DNA from: Chromatiales bacterium
GTDB lineage: Bacteria > Pseudomonadota > Gammaproteobacteria > SpSt-1174
Reading direction: 5' to 3'
Length of the DNA stretch: 64,000 bases
NCBI GenBank assembly: GCA_014762505.1
Contig: JABURS010000018.1
Coordinates: 3,889 to 67,888 of the forward strand
In this document: positions 41,322 through 52,704 of the stretch, piece by piece
Position numbering within the stretch: position 1 is the first letter of the stretch
Layout of the letters: each line of letters begins with the position of its first letter
The notes under the pieces: model-generated
Databases searched by the model: none
What the model saw: the letters and a program-made list of their open reading frames with translations, nothing else
Told to the model about the DNA's origin: nothing
Position numbers and translations under genes: made by a program

Positions 41322-41879
41322 ATGCCGAGACGATTCTTCAGACGCGTTCTGCCCGACCATGCCCGGGTTCGGGAACACAAGGCGCTGCAGTTCTTCGGCA
41401 CCCTGCTCCACGACCCCAACCTCTGGCACCTCAACCGGCGTTCGGCCGCCGGGGCCTTCGCCATCGGCCTGTTCATGGCCTTCGTGCCCATCCCCTTCCA
41501 GATGGCCGCCGCCGCGGCACTGGCCATCCTCTTCCGGGTGAACCTGCCGATCGCCGTGGCGCTGGTGTGGATCACCAACCCCATCACCATGCCGCCCATC
41601 TTCTTTTCGGCCTACAAGCTGGGCGCCTGGGTGCTGGATACGCCGCCCATGCTGTTCAGCTTCGAACTGAGCTGGGACTGGCTGGTGACCGACATGCTGC
41701 ATATCTGGAAGCCCTTCCTGCTCGGCTGCCTGATCATGAGCACCACCAGCGCGATTGCCGGCTATGTGGCCATCCGTGTGATCTGGCGCATCTCCATCGT
41801 GCTGCGGCTGAAGGAACGCCGCCTGGCGCGCCTGGCCCGTCATTCGCGCAACGGCGACGACGATCCCCCCTGCCCCTGA
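41322..41879 (+). CDS. DUF2062-family membrane protein
   Basis: HDPNLWHLNRRSAAGAFAIGLFMAFVPIPFQMAAAAALAILFRVNLPIAVALVWITNPIT resembles DUF2062 (from memory). Confidence 0.6.
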   Translation: MPRRFFRRVLPDHARVREHKALQFFGTLLHDPNLWHLNRRSAAGAFAIGLFMAFVPIPFQMAAAAALAILFRVNLPIAVALVWITNPITMPPIFFSAYKLGAWVLDTPPMLFSFELSWDWLVTDMLHIWKPFLLGCLIMSTTSAIAGYVAIRVIWRISIVLRLKERRLARLARHSRNGDDDPPCP

Positions 41880-41894
41880 TCGCGGCCCCGCGTC

Positions 41895-42593
<699 letters not shown>

Positions 42594-42595
42594 GG

Positions 42596-43849
42596 TCACT
42601 CGTAGCGCAGGGCTTCGGCCGGCTGGGTGCGCGAGGCGCGCCACGCGGGATAGAGCGTGGCCAGCACGGTGAGGATGAAGGCCATCAGGCCGACGCGCAC
42701 CACGTCGCGGATGCGCAGGTCGGAGGGGATGTCGCTGATGTAATAGACGTCGGGCGAGAGGAATTTCATGCCGATCAGACCCTCCAGCGTGGCCACGATC
42801 ACCTCGACGTTGAGCGCCACCGTCACGCCGGCGATCACGCCGATGAGCGTGCCGAGAAAACCGATCAGGCTGCCCTGGATGATGAAGATCATCATCACCT
42901 TGCCCGGCGTGAGGCCGAGTGTGCGCAGGATGGCGATGTCCGACTGCTTGTCCGTGACCACCATCACCAGGGTGGACACGATGTTGAAGGCCGCGACCGC
43001 CACGATCAGGAACAGGATGATGAACATCACCGTCTTTTCCATCTTCAGCGCACGGAAGAAGTTCGCATGCTGGCGCGTCCAGTCCGTCACCCAGTAGTCG
43101 GGCCCGAGGCTGTCGTTGAGGCTGGCGGTGATGCGCGGGGCGCCGAACATGTCGTCGAGCTTGAGGCGCAGGCCGCTGGCGTTGCTGCCCATCTGGAAGA
43201 GCGGCTGGGCATCCTTCAGGTGCATGAAGGCCACGCTGCGGTCGTACTGGTGCATGCCCACCTCGAACACGCCGACCACGGTGAAACGGCGCATGCGCGG
43301 GATCACGCCGGCGGGTGTCACGCCGGCCTGGGGGGCGAACACCGTCACCTTGTCGCCCAGCCCCGCCCCCAGTGCCGCCGAGAGTTCGCTGCCGATCACC
43401 AGCCCGAATTCGCCCGGGCGCAGCAGTTCCAGGCTGCCCTGGACCATCTTGCCGTGGATGTCGGAGACCTGGCGCTCACGGGCCGGCTCGATGCCGCGGA
43501 TGGCGGCGCCGGTGACCCGTGCGCGGTTGGCGAGCATGCCCTCGGCATCGATATAGGGTGCGGTGGCGGCCACGCCGGGCTGGCGGGCCAGGGCTGCCTC
43601 GAGGCGCTTCTGGTCGGCTGGAGAGAGCCGGTTGCCGAGGCCCGTGACACTGGCGTGAGAGGCCATCGACAGCGTGCGTTCGCGCAGTTCCCGCTCGAAG
43701 CCGTTCATCACCGACAGCACGACGATCAGCGCCATCACGCCCACCACGATGCCCGTGATCGAGGCCAGCGAGATGAACGAGATGAAGTGATTGCGCCGCT
43801 TGGCACGCGTATAGCGCAATCCGATGAAGAGCTCTAGGGGCTGGAACAT
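42596..43849 (-). CDS. lolC: Lipoprotein-releasing system permease (LolC/LolE family)
   Basis: [25 protein letters not shown]...AEALRYE aligns end-to-end with E. coli LolC/E. Confidence 0.92.
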   Translation of the reverse strand: MFQPLELFIGLRYTRAKRRNHFISFISLASITGIVVGVMALIVVLSVMNGFERELRERTLSMASHASVTGLGNRLSPADQKRLEAALARQPGVAATAPYIDAEGMLANRARVTGAAIRGIEPARERQVSDIHGKMVQGSLELLRPGEFGLVIGSELSAALGAGLGDKVTVFAPQAGVTPAGVIPRMRRFTVVGVFEVGMHQYDRSVAFMHLKDAQPLFQMGSNASGLRLKLDDMFGAPRITASLNDSLGPDYWVTDWTRQHANFFRALKMEKTVMFIILFLIVAVAAFNIVSTLVMVVTDKQSDIAILRTLGLTPGKVMMIFIIQGSLIGFLGTLIGVIAGVTVALNVEVIVATLEGLIGMKFLSPDVYYISDIPSDLRIRDVVRVGLMAFILTVLATLYPAWRASRTQPAEALRYE

Positions 43850-44190
43850 GCGGGGATTAAATCACAGGGCGTTGATAAGTTAAACGAAAAGGACGCTTGG
43901 GACGGGCTCGGCATCTTCGTCACACGGAGACTGTACCGCCCTCGCCAGCGTGAATCCCCGGACCTTCCGGAAACCGGTATCCGGCCAAGGTTTCTGTGTG
44001 CCATAGGGTGTTAGCGTGCAGGCAGGCCTGTCGCGTGCCTCGACGGCCTGCCCCCGGTCTCGACGGCCAGCCAGTTTCGCCCTCCTGAACGGGGCAAAAA
44101 GTGCGTCTGGTCAATAATCTAGAATACTTTGATGACAAACTGAGTGATGCTATGATCCTTCGAAAACGACACTCAACGGGAGTCCCTGTC

Positions 44191-44526
44191 ATGTCATGCA
44201 CCCTCTGGATTCGCCGCACCGCCCTGCCCCTGGCCCTGCTCGGCGTTGCACTCGCTGCCCCCGTGCATGCCGACGTGCTCAAGATCGAGGATCAGGATCC
44301 GGTCGTGGTGCAGAAGGGCGAGCGCCCGACCCGGGGCATGAGCCAGCAGCGCGTCCTCGATCAGTTCGGCGAGCCCCGTTCGCGCCACGGCGCCGTCGGC
44401 GAGCCGCCGATCAGCCGCTGGGACTACGGCGACTTCTCCGTGTACTTCGAGCACAATCACGTGCTGCATGCCGTGGACTTCCGCCAGGAACAGGGCGCCC
44501 AGCCCGAGGCGGCGCCGGCACGCTAG
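44191..44526 (+). CDS. Secreted small protein, BamE/SmpA-OmlA-like fold
   Basis: Signal peptide MSCTLWIRRTALPLALLGVALAAPVHA; GMSQQRVLDQFGEP...WDYGDFSVYFEHNHVLHAV resembles SmpA/OmlA. Confidence 0.5.
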   Translation: MSCTLWIRRTALPLALLGVALAAPVHADVLKIEDQDPVVVQKGERPTRGMSQQRVLDQFGEPRSRHGAVGEPPISRWDYGDFSVYFEHNHVLHAVDFRQEQGAQPEAAPAR

Positions 44527-44584
44527 CCACCCCTGCTCCGCCGTCCAGTCCCCGCCCCCGAGGCTCGCTCAACCCTGAGGTCCG

Positions 44585-45640
44585 ATGAACACGATGGCCA
44601 GCCGTCGTTGCCAGTTCCTGCCCGAATGGACGCCGCAAAGCGGCGTGATGCTCACCTGGCCGCATGACGCCAGCGACTGGGCGCCGCTGCTCGATCGCGT
44701 GGAACCGGTATACCGGGAGATCGCCCGCGAGGTCCTGTATCGCGAGGGGCTGCTGATCGTGGCCCGCGACAAGGCCCACCGCCGGCACATCGAGGCCGTG
44801 CTCAGCGAGGACGACGGCATGGACCTGTCGGGCATCCGCTGGGCCTATGCCCCGAGCAACGACAGCTGGGCCCGTGACCACGGACCCATAACCGTCCGCG
44901 ACGAGCATGGCCGCCTGCGGCTGCTGGACTTCCGCTTCAATGGCTGGGGCGGGAAGTACGCGCACGACCTGGACAACGCCATCAATGCCCGGCTGGCCGA
45001 GCAGAAGTGCTTTGTCCCGCCCCTGCAGGCCGTGGAGCTGGTGCTGGAAGGCGGCTCGCTGGAGGTCGACAGCCACGGCACGCTGCTCACCACCGCCCAG
45101 TGCCTGCTGATGCCACACCGCAATCCCGGCCTGTCCCGCGAGGCCATCGAGGCCGCGCTCATCGAACACCTGTGCCTGGAGCGGGTGCTGTGGCTGGAGC
45201 ACGGCCACCTGGCCGGCGACGACACCGATGCCCACATCGACACGCTGGCGCGCTTTTGCAGCGATGACACCATCGCCTACATGAGCTGCGAGGATCCGGC
45301 CGACGAGCACCACGCCCCGCTCAGGGCCATGGAACAGGAACTCGCGGCCCTGCGCACCCGCGACGGTCAGCCCTACCGGCTGGTGCCGCTGCCCATGCCC
45401 GCCCCGATCCGCAATGCGGCAGGCGACCGCCTGCCGGCGAGCTATGCCAACTTCCTCATCATCAACGACGCCGTGCTGGTACCGATCTACCGAGACGACA
45501 ACGACAGGCGCGTGCTCGCCGCCCTGGACGGGGCCTTCCCCAACCACGAGGTCATCGGCATCGACTGCCGGGCGCTGATCGAGCAATACGGCAGCCTGCA
45601 CTGCATCACCATGCAGCTGCCGGAAGGAGTGCTGCGATGA
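44585..45640 (+). CDS. aguA: Agmatine deiminase
   Basis: Full-length similarity to P. aeruginosa AguA (WPH...DSWARDHGPI...GWGGKYA...EGGS...HGT...C-terminal catalytic HC). Confidence 0.92.
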   Translation: MNTMASRRCQFLPEWTPQSGVMLTWPHDASDWAPLLDRVEPVYREIAREVLYREGLLIVARDKAHRRHIEAVLSEDDGMDLSGIRWAYAPSNDSWARDHGPITVRDEHGRLRLLDFRFNGWGGKYAHDLDNAINARLAEQKCFVPPLQAVELVLEGGSLEVDSHGTLLTTAQCLLMPHRNPGLSREAIEAALIEHLCLERVLWLEHGHLAGDDTDAHIDTLARFCSDDTIAYMSCEDPADEHHAPLRAMEQELAALRTRDGQPYRLVPLPMPAPIRNAAGDRLPASYANFLIINDAVLVPIYRDDNDRRVLAALDGAFPNHEVIGIDCRALIEQYGSLHCITMQLPEGVLR

Positions 45641-46542
45641 ACGACAAGACGACAAACAACAAGACCCTCACCGTCGGCCTGGTGCAGCAGAGCAACACCG
45701 CCGACTACGAACACAACCTCGCCAAGTCCGAGGCCGGCATCCGCGAGGCCGCCGGTCGCGGCGCCGAACTGGTGATGCTGCAGGAACTGCACACCGGGCT
45801 GTATTTCTGCCAGACCGAGGACACCAACGTCTTCGACCTGGCCGAGCCCATTCCGGGCCCCACCACCGAGCGCCTGGGCGCACTGGCGAAGGAACTCGGC
45901 ATCGTCATCGTCGGCTCGCTGTTCGAGCGCCGCGCCACCGGGCTCTACCACAACACCGCCGTGGTGCTGGAGCGCGACGGCACGCTCGCCGGCATGTATC
46001 GGAAGATGCACATCCCGGACGATCCGGGCTATTACGAGAAGTTCTACTTCACACCGGGCGATCTCGGCTTCACCCCCATAGACACATCGGTGGGGCGGCT
46101 CGGCGTGCTGGTGTGCTGGGACCAGTGGTTCCCGGAGGGCGCGCGCCTGATGGCCCTGGCCGGCGCCGACCTGCTGCTCTACCCCACCGCCATCGGCTGG
46201 GACCCGGAGGACGATCAGGACGAGCAGGCCCGCCAGCGCGACGCCTGGATCACCATCCAGCGCGCCCACGCCGTGGCCAACAACCTGCCGGTGCTCAGCG
46301 CCAACCGCACGGGACACGAGGACGACCCCTCCGGCATCACCCCGGGCGCGCGTTTCTGGGGCTCGAGCTTCGTCGCCGGCCCGCAGGGCGAGATCCTGGC
46401 GCAGAGCCCGGTGGACGGCGACGACGTGCTGGTCGTGCCCATCGATCGCGAGCGCGTGGAACGGGTGCGCCGCATCTGGCCCTATTTCCGCGACCGCCGC
46501 ATCGACGCCTACGCCGAACTCACCCGCCGCTTCCGCGACTGA
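45637..46542 (+). CDS. aguB: N-carbamoylputrescine amidase (nitrilase superfamily)
   Basis: CN-hydrolase E-K-C triad context (VLVCWDQWFPE); 4-nt overlap with aguA. Confidence 0.9.
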   Translation: MNDKTTNNKTLTVGLVQQSNTADYEHNLAKSEAGIREAAGRGAELVMLQELHTGLYFCQTEDTNVFDLAEPIPGPTTERLGALAKELGIVIVGSLFERRATGLYHNTAVVLERDGTLAGMYRKMHIPDDPGYYEKFYFTPGDLGFTPIDTSVGRLGVLVCWDQWFPEGARLMALAGADLLLYPTAIGWDPEDDQDEQARQRDAWITIQRAHAVANNLPVLSANRTGHEDDPSGITPGARFWGSSFVAGPQGEILAQSPVDGDDVLVVPIDRERVERVRRIWPYFRDRRIDAYAELTRRFRD

Positions 46543-46555
46543 CGGGAGGTCCGAC

Positions 46556-47233
46556 GTGACGACTGCCTCCACCAGCGACACGGCCTGGCTGGCGCATTTT
46601 CCCGCCCTGCGGGAGATCACCGACCCCGTTGGCCGGCGCGTGATCACCGCCGCCCAGCACCTGCGGGTGCCGCCCTGCACCACGGTGTTCCACACGGGCG
46701 ATCCCTGCCGCAACTACCTGCTGGTCATCGACGGCTCCGTGCGCGTCCAGCAGACGGCGCCCAACGGCCGCGAGATCGTGCTCTACCGGGTCGGCCCGGG
46801 CGAGTCCTGCGTGCTCACCACCTCCTGCCTGCTCGCCACCAGCGGCTATGCCGCCGAGGGCATCACCGAGGACGAGGTCGAGGCCGTGGCCATCCCGGCG
46901 CCCGAGTTCCACCGGGCCGTGGCCGAGTCGCCGGGTTTTCGCCAGTTCGTCTTCGATGGCTTCGGCCAGCGCCTGGCCGAGCTGATGACGCTCATCGAGG
47001 AGGTCGCCTTCGGCCGCCTCGACGCGCGGCTGGCCCAGCGCCTGCTGCGCCTGGCCGGTGAGTCGGATCGCGTGGAGACCACGCACCAGCAGCTCGCCAC
47101 CGAGATCGGCAGTGCCCGCGAGGTGGTGAGCCGCCAGCTCAAGGAATTCGAGCGTCGTGGCTGGGTGGCCCTGGGGCGCGGCCATGTCGATTTGCGCGAC
47201 CGCCGGGCCCTGGCCGCCCTGGAACTGATGTAG
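46556..47233 (+). CDS. Crp/Fnr-family transcriptional regulator
   Basis: cNMP-binding domain plus C-terminal HTH (TTHQQLATEIGSAREVVSRQLKEFERRGW). Confidence 0.85.
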   Translation: MTTASTSDTAWLAHFPALREITDPVGRRVITAAQHLRVPPCTTVFHTGDPCRNYLLVIDGSVRVQQTAPNGREIVLYRVGPGESCVLTTSCLLATSGYAAEGITEDEVEAVAIPAPEFHRAVAESPGFRQFVFDGFGQRLAELMTLIEEVAFGRLDARLAQRLLRLAGESDRVETTHQQLATEIGSAREVVSRQLKEFERRGWVALGRGHVDLRDRRALAALELM

Positions 47234-47350
47234 CCCTGGAGCTGATATAGCATTGATCCGGCCGCCGGTGACTTGATTACTGAAAGTCGCCCCGTCAGCG
47301 CCTATGCTCACTGCATCACCCAACCGCAGACCACACTGGAGGTGTTTGTC

Positions 47351-47551
47351 ATGACCATCAACATGGGCAGTATCGATCGCATCATCCGCGGCATCGTCGG
47401 CATCGTTCTGCTGGCGCTCATCGTGGTGTTCCCCGAGGCCTCCTGGCGCTGGTGGGGGCTGATCGGCATCGTGCCGCTGGCCACCGCCATCATCGGCTGG
47501 TGCCCCGCCTACACGATCATCGGCATGAACACCTGCCCCAGGCGCGACTGA
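47351..47551 (+). CDS. DUF2892 (YgaP-like) small inner-membrane protein
   Basis: GGAGG RBS; SIDRIIRGIVGIVLLAL...PLATAIIGWCPAY motif typical of DUF2892. Confidence 0.7.
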   Translation: MTINMGSIDRIIRGIVGIVLLALIVVFPEASWRWWGLIGIVPLATAIIGWCPAYTIIGMNTCPRRD

Positions 47552-47575
47552 CGGCGCAGGCGGTGACCTGACCAG

Positions 47576-47601
47576 GGCGGCCCTCGGGCCGCCCTTTTTT
47601 G
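47576..47601 (+). terminator. Rho-independent terminator
   Basis: GGGCGGCCC-TCG-GGCCGCCC followed by TTTTTT. Confidence 0.85.
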
Positions 47602-47688
47602 TGCCCTGCACCTGCAATCGCCGGCGCAATATGGGAAAATGCGCCGCTTTGCAGCCCGCGTCTCAAGGCCGATCAGGATCCCCCAGGA

Positions 47689-50600
47689 ATGAACCGCCCC
47701 ACCACACTGCTGGCCCCGAAGCTGCCCGCCACCGGTCGCGAGACCCTGCGCTGGGGGCACCTGTACGGCTGTGCGCGCGGACTGGCCATCGCCGAGGCCG
47801 CGGCCGGCGCCGGCCGCCTCACCCTGCTGGTCACGGCGGACTCGCAGTCGGCCTATCGCCTGGAGCAGGAGCTGCGCTTCTTCGGTGCGGCCGCCGACCT
47901 GCCGATCCTGAGCTTCCCGGACTGGGAGACCCTGCCCTACGACGTCTTCTCCCCGCACGAGGACATCATCTCCCAGCGCCTGGAGACGCTGCACCGGCTG
48001 CCCTCGCTGAGCCATGGCGTGCTGGTGGTCCCGGTCACCACCCTGATGCACCGCATCGCCCCGCGCGACTTCCTCAGCGCCCACACCCTGATGATGGACG
48101 TGGGCGAACGCCTGGACATCGACGCCCTGCGCCAGCGCCTGGAACAGGCCGGTTACCGGCACGTGAGCCAGGTGATGGAGCACGGCGAGTTCGCCCTGCG
48201 CGGCTCCATCGTCGATCTCTTCCCGATGGGGGCGAATCACCCCTACCGCATCGACCTCTTCGACGACGAGATCGAGAGCATCCGCGAATTCGATCCCGAG
48301 ACCCAGCTCTCGCAGGAAAAGGTCGAGCGCATCCGCCTGCTGCCGGCCCACGAGTTCCCCATGCACGACGAGGCCATCAAGGGCTTCCGTCAGCGTTACC
48401 GCCAGGTCTTCGAGGGCGACCCGCAGGCCAGCAGCATCTACCGCGAGGTGAGCAACGGCAGTGCGCCGGCCGGAGTGGAGTACTACATCCCGCTGTTCTT
48501 CGAGCAGATGGCCACGCTCTTCGACTACCTGCCGGAAGACGCCCTGGTCATCACCACCGCAGACGTGGAGGCGGCCGCCTCGCGCTTTGCCGCGAGCACC
48601 GCCGACCGGTATGAGCAACGCCGTCACGACGTGCAGCGCCCGCTGCTGCCGCCGGCAGACCTCTTTCTCTCGCCGGAGGAGCTGGCCGCGGGCCTTGAGC
48701 GCGAGAGCCGCGTACTCATCGAGGGCTTCGAGATCGAGGATGGCGGCAGCGGGGTGCAGAACTTCGCCAGTCTGGCCCTGCCCAACCTGCTGCTGCAGGC
48801 GCGTGCCGAGGACCCGGCGGCCACGTTGAAGTCGTTCATCGCCTCGCGGCCCGGACGCCTGCTGTTCGTCGCCGAATCCGCCGGTCGCCGTGAACACCTG
48901 ATCGAGGCCCTGCGCCAGTTCGAGATCTTCCCGCGCACCGTGGACAGCTGGCCCGAATTCGTCGCCAGCGCGCTCGACTACGCCATCACCGTGGCGCCGA
49001 TGGAGAGCGGCGTGCGCCTGCCCCAGGCCGGCATCAACATCATCCCGGAGAGCGCGCTGGTCGGACAGCGCGCCCAGCAGGAGCGTCGACGCAAACGCCC
49101 CACCCGCGATGCCGATGCCGTGGTGCGCAACCTCACCGACCTCAACGTCGGCGCCCCGGTGGTACACGAGGAACACGGCGTGGGTCGCTACATCGGTCTG
49201 CAGAAGCTCGCGGTCGGAGGCAGCGAGGCGGAGTTCCTGACCCTGGAATACGCCGGCGGCGACAAGCTCTACGTGCCCGTCGCCTCGCTGCACCTGATCA
49301 GCCGTTACACCGGCACCGCGCCGGAGGATGCACCGCTACACAAGCTCGGCAGCGACCAGTGGCAGAAGGCCCGGCGCCGGGCAGCCGAGAAGATCCACGA
49401 CGTGGCTGCCGAGCTGCTGGACATCAATGCGCGCCGCGCCGCGCGCCGCGGGCATGCCTTCGCCACCGACACCGACGACTACGCCGCCTTCGCCGCCTCC
49501 TTCCCCTTCGAGGAGACACCGGACCAGGAGAAGGCGATCCAGGCGGTGCTCGACGACATGGCCGCCGAGCGGCCCATGGATCGCGTGGTCTGCGGCGACG
49601 TGGGCTTCGGCAAGACCGAGGTGGCCATGCGCGCGGCCTTCGTCGCCGCCAGCGGCGGCAAGCAGGTGGCGGTACTGGTGCCCACCACCCTGCTCGCCCA
49701 GCAGCACCTGCAGAACTTCCGCGACCGTTTCGCCGACTGGCCGATACGCATCGAGGGTCTCTCGCGTTTTCGCAGCCAGAAACAACACAAGGAGACGCTC
49801 GCCGGCATCGCCGCCGGCACGGTGGACATCGTCATCGGCACGCACAAGCTGCTGCAGGGCGACGTGGCGTTCAAGGACCTCGGCCTCATCATCGTGGACG
49901 AAGAACACCGCTTCGGCGTGCGCGACAAGGAAAAGCTGAAGAACCTGCGTGCCGAGGTCGACATCCTCACGCTCACCGCCACGCCGATCCCGCGCACACT
50001 CAACATGTCGCTCTCCGGCCTGCGCGACCTGTCGATCATCGCCACGCCGCCGGTGCAGCGTCACGCCATCAAGACCTTCGTCAACGAGTGGAACGACGCC
50101 CTGCTGCAGGAAGCCGTGCTGCGCGAGGTGCGCCGCGGCGGCCAGGTGTATTTCCTGCACAACGAAGTACAAACCATCGAAAAGATGGCGCAGCGCATCG
50201 AACAGGTGGTGCCGGACATCTCGATCCGGATCGCGCACGGCCAGATGCGCGAACGCGAGCTCGAGGAGGTGATGCTGGATTTCTATCACCAGCGCTTCAA
50301 CCTGCTGCTGTGCACCACCATCGTCGAGAGCGGTATCGACGTGCCCACGGCCAACACCATCATCATCAACCGCGCCGACAAGCTCGGCCTGTCGCAGCTG
50401 CACCAGCTGCGCGGTCGCGTCGGCCGCTCGCACCACCGCGCCTATGCCTATCTCGTCACGCCGCCGCGCGTGGCGATGACACCGGACGCGATAAAGCGCC
50501 TGGAGGCCATCGAGTCGCTGGAGGACCTGGGTGTGGGCTTCACCCTCGCCACGCACGACCTCGAGATCCGCGGCGCCGGCGAACTGCTGGGCGATGAACA

Positions 50601-51159
50601 GAGCGGCCAGATCCAGGAGATCGGCTTCACGCTCTACAACGAGCTGCTAGAGCGCGCGGTAAAGGCCCTGAAGTCGGGCAAGCGGCCGGAGCTCGACAAG
50701 CCGCTGCACAGTGGCGCCGAGATCGACCTCGGCGTTCCCGCCCTGCTCCCCGACGACTACGTGCCTGACATCCACGCCCGCCTGGTGCTCTACAAGCGCA
50801 TCGCCAGCGCAGAGAACGAAGAGGCACTGCGCGAACTGCAGGTGGAGATGATCGACCGCTTCGGCCTGCTGCCGGACGCGGCCAAGGCCCTGTTCGAGGT
50901 GAACCGCGTGAAACTGAAGGCCGAGGCGCTGGGCGTGAAGAAGCTCGATGTCGGCGAACAGGGCGGACGCATCATCTTCAACGCCACGCCGAACATCGAT
51001 CCGGCCAGCGTGATACGCCTGATCCAGTCCGATCCGCAGCGCTATCGCCTGGACGGCCAGGACAAGCTGCGCTTCTCCCTGTCACTGGAAAATCTGCAGA
51101 AACGCGTGGATACTGTCGAACGCCTGCTTGGCGAGCTCGCACTCAAGGACGCCGCCTGA
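47689..51159 (+). CDS. mfd: Transcription-repair coupling factor
   Basis: 1156 aa; UvrB-homology N-terminus, RNAP-interaction domain, DEAD/DEAH helicase motifs (GDVGFGKTEVAMRAAF, DEEHRFGV), TRG motif. Confidence 0.97.
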   Translation: MNRPTTLLAPKLPATGRETLRWGHLYGCARGLAIAEAAAGAGRLTLLVTADSQSAYRLEQELRFFGAAADLPILSFPDWETLPYDVFSPHEDIISQRLETLHRLPSLSHGVLVVPVTTLMHRIAPRDFLSAHTLMMDVGERLDIDALRQRLEQAGYRHVSQVMEHGEFALRGSIVDLFPMGANHPYRIDLFDDEIESIREFDPETQLSQEKVERIRLLPAHEFPMHDEAIKGFRQRYRQVFEGDPQASSIYREVSNGSAPAGVEYYIPLFFEQMATLFDYLPEDALVITTADVEAAASRFAASTADRYEQRRHDVQRPLLPPADLFLSPEELAAGLERESRVLIEGFEIEDGGSGVQNFASLALPNLLLQARAEDPAATLKSFIASRPGRLLFVAESAGRREHLIEALRQFEIFPRTVDSWPEFVASALDYAITVAPMESGVRLPQAGINIIPESALVGQRAQQERRRKRPTRDADAVVRNLTDLNVGAPVVHEEHGVGRYIGLQKLAVGGSEAEFLTLEYAGGDKLYVPVASLHLISRYTGTAPEDAPLHKLGSDQWQKARRRAAEKIHDVAAELLDINARRAARRGHAFATDTDDYAAFAASFPFEETPDQEKAIQAVLDDMAAERPMDRVVCGDVGFGKTEVAMRAAFVAASGGKQVAVLVPTTLLAQQHLQNFRDRFADWPIRIEGLSRFRSQKQHKETLAGIAAGTVDIVIGTHKLLQGDVAFKDLGLIIVDEEHRFGVRDKEKLKNLRAEVDILTLTATPIPRTLNMSLSGLRDLSIIATPPVQRHAIKTFVNEWNDALLQEAVLREVRRGGQVYFLHNEVQTIEKMAQRIEQVVPDISIRIAHGQMRERELEEVMLDFYHQRFNLLLCTTIVESGIDVPTANTIIINRADKLGLSQLHQLRGRVGRSHHRAYAYLVTPPRVAMTPDAIKRLEAIESLEDLGVGFTLATHDLEIRGAGELLGDEQSGQIQEIGFTLYNELLERAVKALKSGKRPELDKPLHSGAEIDLGVPALLPDDYVPDIHARLVLYKRIASAENEEALRELQVEMIDRFGLLPDAAKALFEVNRVKLKAEALGVKKLDVGEQGGRIIFNATPNIDPASVIRLIQSDPQRYRLDGQDKLRFSLSLENLQKRVDTVERLLGELALKDAA

Positions 51160-51180
51160 TCAACCTGCAAGGAATCCTCC

Positions 51181-51897
51181 GTGAGACCGAACCCGACACA
51201 GACCTCCCTCGCCACCCTGTTCCTGTTCACGATCCTGGCCATGCCCGCCCTGGCCGTGGACTATCACGTCGAGATGCTCGTCTTCGCCAACAACGACGAG
51301 GCTGCCTTCCATTCGGAACAATGGTCGCTGGAGGCGCAGCCGCCGGCCGTGGATGACAGCCTCGCGCTGTTCGACGGCCACGTACGCGCCGGCTTCCGGC
51401 GCCTGGACCCTGCACAGCTCGAACACAATCTCGGCGAGGCCCGTCGGCTACTTGAATCCTCGGGGCATTACACGGTGCTGCGTCACGTGGCCTGGCAGCA
51501 GCCCGGCCTGTCCGCAGAAGATGCGGTGCGTATCCGCCTGCACGGGGGCGAGGACTACAGTCTGCAGTACCCCGAGCGCATGCAGCCTCGCCTGGAAGTG
51601 GGCGAGGACGGCACCATCGTGGAGATCCCGGGGCCGGAGCGGCTGGAGCAGCTGGACGGCACGGTGCGTGTGATACTGGGACGCTATCTGCACGTGCATA
51701 CCGACCTGGTGCTGCGCAAGCCGGTGGTCGTGGAGCGTATCGATCAGGAGAGTGGCGAACCCACGCAGATGCCGGTGCTGCTCGACATCCCCATGCAGGA
51801 ACAGCGGCGCATGCGCAGCCGCGAGCTGCACTATATCGACCACCCCCTGCTCGGGGTGCTGGTGCAGATCACGCCGCTGGAGACGCCCGCCGAGTAG
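51181..51897 (+). CDS. CsiV-like secreted protein (mfd-adjacent, signal peptide)
   Basis: Signal peptide; family assignment from memory of the mfd-csiV synteny in Vibrio, so low certainty. Confidence 0.5.
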   Translation: MRPNPTQTSLATLFLFTILAMPALAVDYHVEMLVFANNDEAAFHSEQWSLEAQPPAVDDSLALFDGHVRAGFRRLDPAQLEHNLGEARRLLESSGHYTVLRHVAWQQPGLSAEDAVRIRLHGGEDYSLQYPERMQPRLEVGEDGTIVEIPGPERLEQLDGTVRVILGRYLHVHTDLVLRKPVVVERIDQESGEPTQMPVLLDIPMQEQRRMRSRELHYIDHPLLGVLVQITPLETPAE

Positions 51898-51939
51898 GCG
51901 GGCACGAACGCAGGGAGCAGGCCATCACGGCCCGCCTGT

Positions 51940-52686
51940 TCAGATCAGGGGAATGGCGGCCTTCAACACCTGGCGCACGCGGTCCATGCCCGTGCGCAGG
52001 TTCTCGCTGATCTCTTCCATGGTGATCTCCTTCCCATCCCGGCCAGCCGCCCAGTTGGCAACCACGGCCAGGCTCGCGTAACAGAGATCGAGTTCGCGGG
52101 CGAGCGCCGCCTCGGGCATCCCCGTCATGCCGACCACATCGCAGCCATCGCGCTCCAGCCGGTCCACCTCGGCGGCCGTCTCCAGGCGCGGCCCCTGGGT
52201 GGCGGCATAGGTCCCGCCGTCCACCAGGTCGAGCCTGGCCTCCTTACCGCCGGCGAGCAGTGCCTGGCGCATCTCCGCGCAGTAGGGATGGGTGAAGTCG
52301 ATATGGGTCACACCATCCAGGCCTTCCTCGAAGAAGGTGTGCGAGCGCGAATAGGTGTAGTCGATGATCTGGTCGGGCACGGCGAGCTGGCAGGGTGCCA
52401 TGCGTTGCGTGATACCACCGACGGCCGCCACCGCGATCACGTGCGTCACCCCGATGTGCTTCAGCGCCCAGAGATTGGCGCGGTAATTCACGCGATGCGG
52501 GGGGATGGTATGGCGGTAGCCATGGCGCGCCAGGAAGGTGACGTCGTTGCCGAACAGCTCACCGTGGGTCAGCGGGCCGGAGGGCTCGCCAAAAGGCGTG
52601 TGCACCACCTCGCGGCCGACGATCTTCAGACCCTCGAGCGAGGTCAGTCCGGTGCCACCGATGATCGCGAGGCTCGCCATGTGCAC
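51940..52686 (-). CDS. mtnP: S-methyl-5'-thioadenosine phosphorylase
   Basis: Full-length alignment with Pseudomonas MtnP (AIIGGTGL...FLARHG..HRxPPHxVNYRANLWALK...GMTGMPEAALARELE). Confidence 0.92.
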   Translation of the reverse strand: MHMASLAIIGGTGLTSLEGLKIVGREVVHTPFGEPSGPLTHGELFGNDVTFLARHGYRHTIPPHRVNYRANLWALKHIGVTHVIAVAAVGGITQRMAPCQLAVPDQIIDYTYSRSHTFFEEGLDGVTHIDFTHPYCAEMRQALLAGGKEARLDLVDGGTYAATQGPRLETAAEVDRLERDGCDVVGMTGMPEAALARELDLCYASLAVVANWAAGRDGKEITMEEISENLRTGMDRVRQVLKAAIPLI

Positions 52687-52704
52687 TCCTTGAAATCGTG
52701 CCAG